Shown: one piece after another, positions 58,542 through 64,000 of the stretch | How the letters are laid out: each line of letters begins with the position of its first letter | Numbering within the stretch: position 1 is the stretch's first letter | Source: Macrostomum hystrix | Lineage: Eukaryota > Animalia > Platyhelminthes | Length of the DNA: 64,000 nt | Direction of reading: 5' to 3' | NCBI GenBank assembly: GCA_950097015.1 | Contig: CATNEN010000038.1 | Location: 30,442,001-30,506,000 of the forward strand | The notes under the pieces: generated by a model | Database searches by the model: none | What the model was told of the DNA's origin: nothing | The model's input: only the letters and a program-made list of their open reading frames with translations | Translations under genes and position numbers: made by a program

Positions 58542-61198
58542 CTCGTTCTGGGTGACTAGTAGCTTTTTCTGGGTGTCTAGTAGCTCGTTCTGGGTGTCTA
58601 GTAGCTTTTTCTGGGTGTCTAGTAGCTTTTTCTGGGTGCCTAGTAGCTTTTTCTGGGTGACTAGTAGCTTTTTCTGGGTGTCTAGTAGCTTTTTCTGTGT
58701 GCCTAGTAGCTTTTTATGGGTGTCTAGTAGCTTGTTCTGGGTGTCAAGTAGCTTGTTCTGGGTGTCTAGTAGCTTGTTCTGGGTGTCTAGTAGCTTTTTC
58801 TGGGTGTCTAGTAGCTCGTTCTGGGTGACTAGTAGCTTTTTCTGGGTGTCTAGTAGCTCGTTCTGGGTGTCTAGTAGCTTTTTCTGGGTGCCTAGTAGCT
58901 TTTTATGGGTGTCTAGTAGCTTGTTCTGGGTGTCTAGTAGCTTGTTCTGGGTGTCTAGTAGCTTGTTCTAAGTGTCTAGTAGCTTGTTCTAAGTGTCTAG
59001 TAGCTTTTTCTGGGTGTCTAGTAGCTCGTTGTGGGTGGCAGTTAGCTTTTTCTGGGTGTCTAGTAGCTTTTTCTGTGTGCCTAGTAGCTTTTTATGGGTG
59101 TCTAGTAGCTTGTTCTGGGTGTCTAGTAGCTTGTTCTGGGTGTCTAGTAGCTTGTTCTGGGTGTCTAGTAGCTTGTTCTGGGTGTCTAGTAGCTTTTTCT
59201 GGGTGTCTAGTAGCTCGTTCTGGGTGACTAGTAGCTTTTTCTGGGTGTCTAGTAGCTCGTTCTGGGTGTCTAGTAGCTTTTTCTGGGTGCCTAGTAGCTT
59301 TTTCTGGGTGCCTAGTAGCTTTTTATGGGTGACTAGTAGCTCGTTCTGGGTGTCTAGTAGCTTTTTCTGGGTGTCTAGTAGCTCGTTCTGTGTGTCTAGT
59401 AGCTTTTTCTGGGTGTCTAGTAGCTTTTTCTGGGTGCCTAGTAGCTTTTTCTGGGTGACTAGTAGCTTTTTCTGGGTGTCTAGTAGCTTTTTCTGTGTGC
59501 CTAGTAGCTTTTTATGGGTGTCTAGTAGCTTGTTCTGGGTGTCTAGTAGCTTGTTCTGGGTGTCTAGTAGCTTGTTCTGGGTGTCTAGTAGCTTTTTCTG
59601 GGTGTCTAGTAGCTCGTTCTGGGTGACTAGTAGCTTTTTCTGGGTGTCTAGTAGCTCGTTCTGGGTGTCTAGTAGCTTTTTCTGGGTGCCTAGTAGCTTT
59701 TTATGGGTGTCTAGTAGCTTGTTCTGGGTGTCTAGTAGCTTGTTCTGGGTGTCTAGTAGCTTGTTCGAAGTGTCTAGTAGCTTTTTCTGGGTGTCTAGTA
59801 GCTCGTTGTGGGTGGCAGTTAGCTTTTTCTGGGTGTCTAGTAGCTTTTTCTGGGTGTCTAGTAGCTTTTTCTGGGTGCCTAGTAGCTTTTTATGGGTGTC
59901 TAGTAGCTTGTTCTGGGTGTCTAGTAGCTTGTTCTGGGTGTCTAGTAGCTTGTTCTGGGTGTCTAGTATCTTTTTATGGGTGTCTAGTAGCTTTTTCTGT
60001 GTGCCTAGTAGCTTTTTATGGGTGACTAGTAGCTCGTTCTGGGTGTCTAGTAGCTTTTTCTGGGTGTCTAGTAGCTCGTTCTGGGTGTCTAGTAGCTTTT
60101 TCTGGGTGTCTAGTAGCTTTTTCTGGGTGCCTAGTAGCTTTTTCTGGGTGCCTAGCAGCTTTTTATGGGTGTCTAGTAGCTTGTTCTGGGTGTCTAGTAG
60201 CTTGTTCTGGGTGTCTAGTAGCTTGTTCTAAGTGTCTAGTAGCTTTTTCTGGGTGCCTAGTAGCTTTTTATGGGTGTCTAGTAGCTTTTTCTGGGTGTCT
60301 AGTAGCTTTTTCTGTGTGCCTAGTAGCTTTTTATGGGTGTCTAGTAGCTTGTTCTGGGTGTCTAGTAGCTTTTTCTGGGTGTCTAGTAGCTTGTTCTGGG
60401 TGTCTAGTAGCTTTTTCTGGGTGTCTAGTAGCTTGTTCTGGGTGTCTAGTAGCTTGTTCTGGGTGTCTAGTAGCTTTTTCTGGGTGCCTAGTAGCTTTTT
60501 ATGGGTGTCTAGTAGCTTTTTCTGTGTGCCTAGTAGCTTTTTATGGGTGTCTAGTAGCTTGTTCTGGGTGTCTAGTAGCTTGTTCTGGGTGTCTAGTAGC
60601 TTTTTCTGGGTGTCTAGTAGCTCGTTCTGGGTGGCAGTTAGCTTTTTCTGGGTGTCTAGTAGCTTTTTCTGGGTGTCTAGTAGCTTTTTCTGGGTGTCTA
60701 GTAGCTCGTTCTGGGTGTCTAGTAGCTTGTTCTGGGTGTCTAGTAGCTTGTTCTGGGTGTCTAGTAGCTTGTTCTAAGTGTCTAGTAGCTTTTCTGGGTG
60801 TCTAGTAGCTCGTTCTGGGTTGCAGTTAGCTTTTTCTGGGTGTCTAGTAGCTTTTTCTGTGTGCCTAGTAGCTTTTTATGGGTGTCTAGTAGCTTGTTCT
60901 GGGTGTCTAGTAGCTTGTTCTGGGTGCCTATTAGCTTTTTCTGGGTGTCTAGTAGCTTTTTCTGAGTGTCTAGTAGCTCGTTCTAAGTGTCTAGTAGCTT
61001 GTTCTGGTTGCCTAGTAGCTTTTTCTGGGTGTCTAGTAGCTTGTTCTGGGTGTCTTGTAGCTGGTTCTGGGTGTCCAGTAGCATGTTCTGGGTGTCCAGT
61101 AGCATGTTCTGGGTGTCTAGTAGCTGGTTCTGGGTGTCCAGTAGCATGTTCTGGGTGTCCAGTAGCATGTTCTGGGTGTCCAGTAGCTTCTTCTGGTG
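58538..61198. repeat. 21-bp minisatellite, copy 2 (longer)
   Basis: About 126 units. Its right end matches copy 1 at an offset of 10603. Confidence 0.97.
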
Positions 61199-61523
61199 TA
61201 CATTTGTCCGATCGTTGTGTTCCTATTGTCCTTTTGTGGTATCAATTAGTCTGTTCATTGGTGTCTAGTAGGCTTTTCTAGTACTCGTCCCTTAACCTAG
61301 CTATTCTACAATAGCAAGTATATAGTGGCCGTTAACAATTAAATTGAAGCATGTATTAAATATTAAATAAAAAAACTGAATTTTCCTATTTGTTTCAGGC
61401 GCCGAATCGAAACAGTTAAGAACCGTCAAGGACTATATGCTTGATTATTAACTAGTTAAATTACTTGTTGGTTCTAGTTTTTATCGTCAATTATTTTAAA
61501 TGCGCCAGCAGCTACCGTTTGAT

Positions 61524-63255
61524 ATGGCCACACTGCTGCAGCTGTGCCAGTCTACTCATCTGATTGGAGAGATTGGCATTCGATTAGCACTGGGAATTTG
61601 CTTGTTGTAGGTTACTTTTACTTGAAGAATTACGTTCGTAATTTGTTACGTAAATGTGTGAAATTTGTTGAATCGCTACATACCAGGCAGTGCTAGAGGA
61701 ACAGAAGGAGAGGGATAGAGTTGAGAGGAAGAAGTGCAAAGTGAGAGGGAGAATAGTAGATTGAGAAGTAGAGGGGTCCAGCGAGAAGTAAGTGGTAGAG
61801 GAAGATGGGTAGAGTGAAAGGAAAAGTGGTGAGAGTGGTGAGTGGTCATAAAATTTTGGACTCTCCCAGATAATAAAACTTGGGGCTCTCTCAGATCATA
61901 AATTTTGGGGCTCTCCCTGATCATAAAATTTGGGGCTCTCCCTGATCATAAAATTTGGGGCTCTCCCTGATCATAAAATTTGGGGCTCTCCCTGATCATA
62001 AAATTTGGGGCTCTCCCTGATCATAAAATTTGGGGCTCTCCCTGATCATAAAATTTGGGGCTCTCCGAGATTATAAAATTTGGGGCTCTCTCAGATCATA
62101 AATTTTGGGGCTCTCCCTGATCATAAAATTTGGGGCTCTCCCTGATCATAAAATTTGGGGCTCTCCCTGATCATAAAATTTGGGGCTCTCCGAGATTATA
62201 AAATTTGGGGCTCTCCCTGATCATAAAATTTGGGGCTCTCCCTGATCATAAAATTTGGGGCTCTCCGAGATCATAAAATTTTGGGCTCTCCCGGATCATA
62301 AATGTATGGCTCTCCCGGATCAAACAACTTAAGGCTCTCCCAGATCCTTAGTTAGAGTAGATAGAGTCAGTTTAGTATCGCATCGCAACATTGCAGCATC
62401 ACGGAGCACATGCACCCGCGCTATCGAGACATTCACCCGGAGGAATGGTGGCTGTATAAGAACCATCCAAGCGACTCCTATGTACCTGGCTGGCTATTGT
62501 GGCTGTCAATTCTATTCATCATTCCGCTAGGTCTCTACTGTTTGACAGCTCTCTGGCCAATCGCACCGCTGCCTAGCGTTAACGAGCCAGCCAATCGGCA
62601 GTCGCCTAGTCCGGCACTGACCTGCCAGCTTGCCTATTGGCTAACTATACTATTAGCTGGCAATTTGACTAACGTTATTAAATTGATTGTTGGCCGACCG
62701 AGGCCGGATTATTTCTATCGCTGCTATCCGGACGATCACGAGCATGAGCAGCAGCAGCAGCTGTTAGCCACGCCTTGTTTTGGTGAACCGGATGCCATTA
62801 TTGAGGGTAGGAAATCGTTCCCATCGGGTCATTCCGCATTCTCATTCGCCAGTCTTGGCCTGGTGTCGCTTCTATTGTGGCGAAAATTTGGCGTCTGGCG
62901 TTTCTCAGCTCCGTCTGTAGCCGCATGGCAACTGTTGCTAGGCAGCCTGCCACTATTCTTAGCCATGTGCGTAGCCCTCAGCCGGTTAGTAGATTATCAC
63001 CATCATTGCGAAGACGTTGCTGTTGGCTCATTTTTGGGATTTTGTGTCGCCTATTCTTGTTATCGATTGTACTATCCGGCATTGAGTCAATCGGATTGTT
63101 CCGACTCCATTGGCTCTGTCGGCCTACAGAAGTCGCCGTCAGCAATGCTAGCTATGAAAGTTTTTGGCCTAGCTTCTGCTTCTAGTAGTGGCAATGTTGC
63201 AGCTATGCAGTCGGCTAGCAATGAGGGCAGCTTGTTTCAAGTGCGATCCATGTGA
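61524..63255 (+). CDS. PLPP4/5: PAP2 phospholipid phosphatase, copy 2; exons 61524-61606 and 62397-63255
   Basis: Translation identical to copy 1. Confidence 0.9.
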
Positions 63256-64000
63256 TTGGAACCTTGGATTCGGTAGGTAAAAACTATAAAATTACATTGG
63301 CAAACAGGTAGAAACCAGCGGTGTAAACCTTGTGTTTAGTAGACACATATAACAAGTGTATAGACAGGTCAAACACAATTTTAATTATCTGCATAGAGTC
63401 AGATAGAGCATATAATAGTTGTCCAAGCATTACGCACCGCTCTCTGTGTTATTAAATCATTTTCTATTTGTTATTTTGTGTTTCCTTTTAATTCATCGAA
63501 CATATCTTATTTAATTTAAAGACTATGTTTTATCCCATTTACTTTTTAGTTTATTTAATACCTATTAGTATATTTTCGTTTTTATTTACTTTGCATTATA
63601 GGTGTTATCTAGTGAGTTTTCTGACACATTCGTTATTTTAACTCACGCGCTGTTTTATTTGATCGAAGGATGGTGATATTCTTGTTTTTATTGAGCTTCT
63701 GACATTCGTTAAAATTCTTGGGTCTTATTTTCATATATAAGTATAATATATTATTTGTCCATACGAGTAAGTTCATGTACTACTACTGTAAGTAGCAAAC
63801 TATTATCATCATTTTTAGAGGCTCGTTGTTTAAATCACATAAAAATCTCTTCTCTCGTGATTGAAAGCTGCTAAATTTTACTTGCGTTTTTTCTCTGTGT
63901 AGTCAGAGCTGTGTGTTATATATTTTACTAGATGTTTAAACATTTTTCTAACTATACAATCTACTCAATTGGGTGTTAGAATAATTTTATAGTTGAGTTG

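Larger units (their letters stand above)
58538..64000 (+). repeat. Second copy of a direct segmental duplication (copy 1 ~49195-53410), running off the window
   Basis: Near identity of unique sequence at offset 10603 (10578 after the intron VNTR), with a few differences downstream of the PLPP stop. Confidence 0.95.

Noticed and set aside
49107-61281. FWVSSSF and SGCLVA repeat ORFs
   Set aside because: Translations of the 21-bp satellite with non-ATG starts and no unique domain.

Overview
Eukaryotic (metazoan) genomic DNA with GT-AG introns, AT-rich intergenic sequence and very dense 15-64 bp minisatellites. This resembles a free-living flatworm of the Macrostomum type, but the taxon is an inference. 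Splice models built by hand give: a 2-exon class I eIF4E (3380-6100); a 24-exon, ~1126-aa TRPA1-like channel (17438-34065); intronless ERMARD (39780-41813); 4-exon EDC3 (43169-46240); a 2-exon PLPP4/5-like lipid phosphatase present twice (50921-52677 and 61524-63255); a 3-exon C6orf163-like coiled-coil gene on the minus strand (54014-56983); and an MPDU1 cut off at the duplication junction (58104-58541). Mobile DNA: a very young 5.95-kb Ty3/Gypsy-type LTR element (7394-13345), two hAT MITEs, a 67-bp micro-MITE and tRNA-derived SINE fragments. The LTR element has 615-bp LTRs with one visible mismatch, Gag and protease joined by an intact -1 frameshift signal, no RT, RNase H or integrase cores, and an extra 287-aa ORF with a nucleoplasmin-like NLS and a Rev-like Arg-rich motif. 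Best candidates for new biology: (1) this non-autonomous Gag-PR element with a putative nuclear RNA-binding accessory protein; (2) intronic minisatellites of TRPA1, notably an inverted pair bracketing an in-frame two-exon cassette and an AP-1/GATA motif array; (3) a TRPA paralog lacking the electrophile-sensing cysteines and an EDC3 lacking the FDF motif. All family assignments come from motif recognition by eye; no database search was run.
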